A stretch of DNA of 64,000 nucleotides from Geosiphon pyriformis uo1 (Eukaryota > Fungi > Glomeromycota), in contig JAAOMT010000222.1 in assembly GCA_016748015.1 (NCBI GenBank), positions 3,924 through 67,923 of the forward strand, in the 5' to 3' direction. Below the pieces are notes generated by a model. That model searched no databases, was not told where the DNA came from, and saw only the letters and a list, made by a program, of their open reading frames with translations. This document shows, in pieces, positions 63,601 to 64,000 of the stretch (within the stretch, counting starts at the first letter, position 1; each line of letters starts with the position of its first letter). The translations under genes and the position numbers were made by a program.

Positions 63601-64000
63601 ACATGTATTAGTTATATAATAGAATGGAAATTGGTTGATAAATAGAGATAATTTCTCTCTTGTCAACAATTTTTTTTTTGCCATATTAACTGATATGTCT
63701 ATTCTACTCATTGATCCAAATTTCTGTATCCCTTTAGCTGTAATTCCTAATTCTTCTCTGTTTTTCACTGATACTAATTGAGCTATTTTAACCAAAGGCA
63801 GGAATATTGCCTGTGTTATCTTTTCATTTGGCTCTATGATATAGGCTTTTTCTGAGTTATTTTGTAGCATTACAATGATATTTTTTATATATTCTGCATC
63901 AATTATTCCTCCTTTGATGTTAATTCTCTTTTTTGCTAAACTACTTCTAAATGCTAATTAGACTATTGTTGTTGCTGAGATTTCCAATATTACTTTGAGA
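63601..64000 (-). pseudogene. dUTPase region of a second, oppositely oriented E-family Gypsy copy
   Basis: LEISATTIV*LAFRSSLAKKRINIKGGIIDAEY...MLQNNSEKAYIIEPNEKITQAIFLP...KFGS. Overlaps in content with E 62520-62620. Confidence 0.88.

Noticed and set aside
62617-63604. ACAC/ACAT as the TSD of a simple solo LTR
   Set aside because: The flanks belong to different copies in opposite orientation, so the 3/4 match is probably coincidental.

Overview
This is an AT-rich eukaryotic window, almost certainly fungal. The repeat families and short GT-AG introns resemble Glomeromycota/Mucoromycota; that assignment is inference. Most of the window is nested, decaying retrotransposons. (1) dUTPase-bearing Ty3/Gypsy elements: fragment Z 1-2301; A 2322-11565; B 23071-43159, interrupted by C 28235-38087; E 57640-62620; an inverted E-family fragment 63601-64000; and solo or partial LTRs. 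(2) APE-RT-RNase H LINEs of several ages: frame-intact D about 13650-20540; relics F, G and H. (3) An ORF1-only LINE derivative at about 53900-56160. (4) One apparently intact 12-exon gene, 49684-52265 minus, encoding a PD-(D/E)xK-like protein between ~560-bp inverted repeats. The Gypsy elements share an unusual architecture: gag, protease, Cys-rich domain, dUTPase, RT and RNase H, then a stop, a separately initiated integrase ORF, and a conserved non-Env ORF3 at the PPT/3' LTR. They also have an anti-PBS hairpin in U5 and 4-bp TSDs. The repeats show heavy C>T/G>A decay that spares the spliced gene. There is a 20-N assembly gap at 2302-2321. No tRNA, rRNA or CRISPR features were found.
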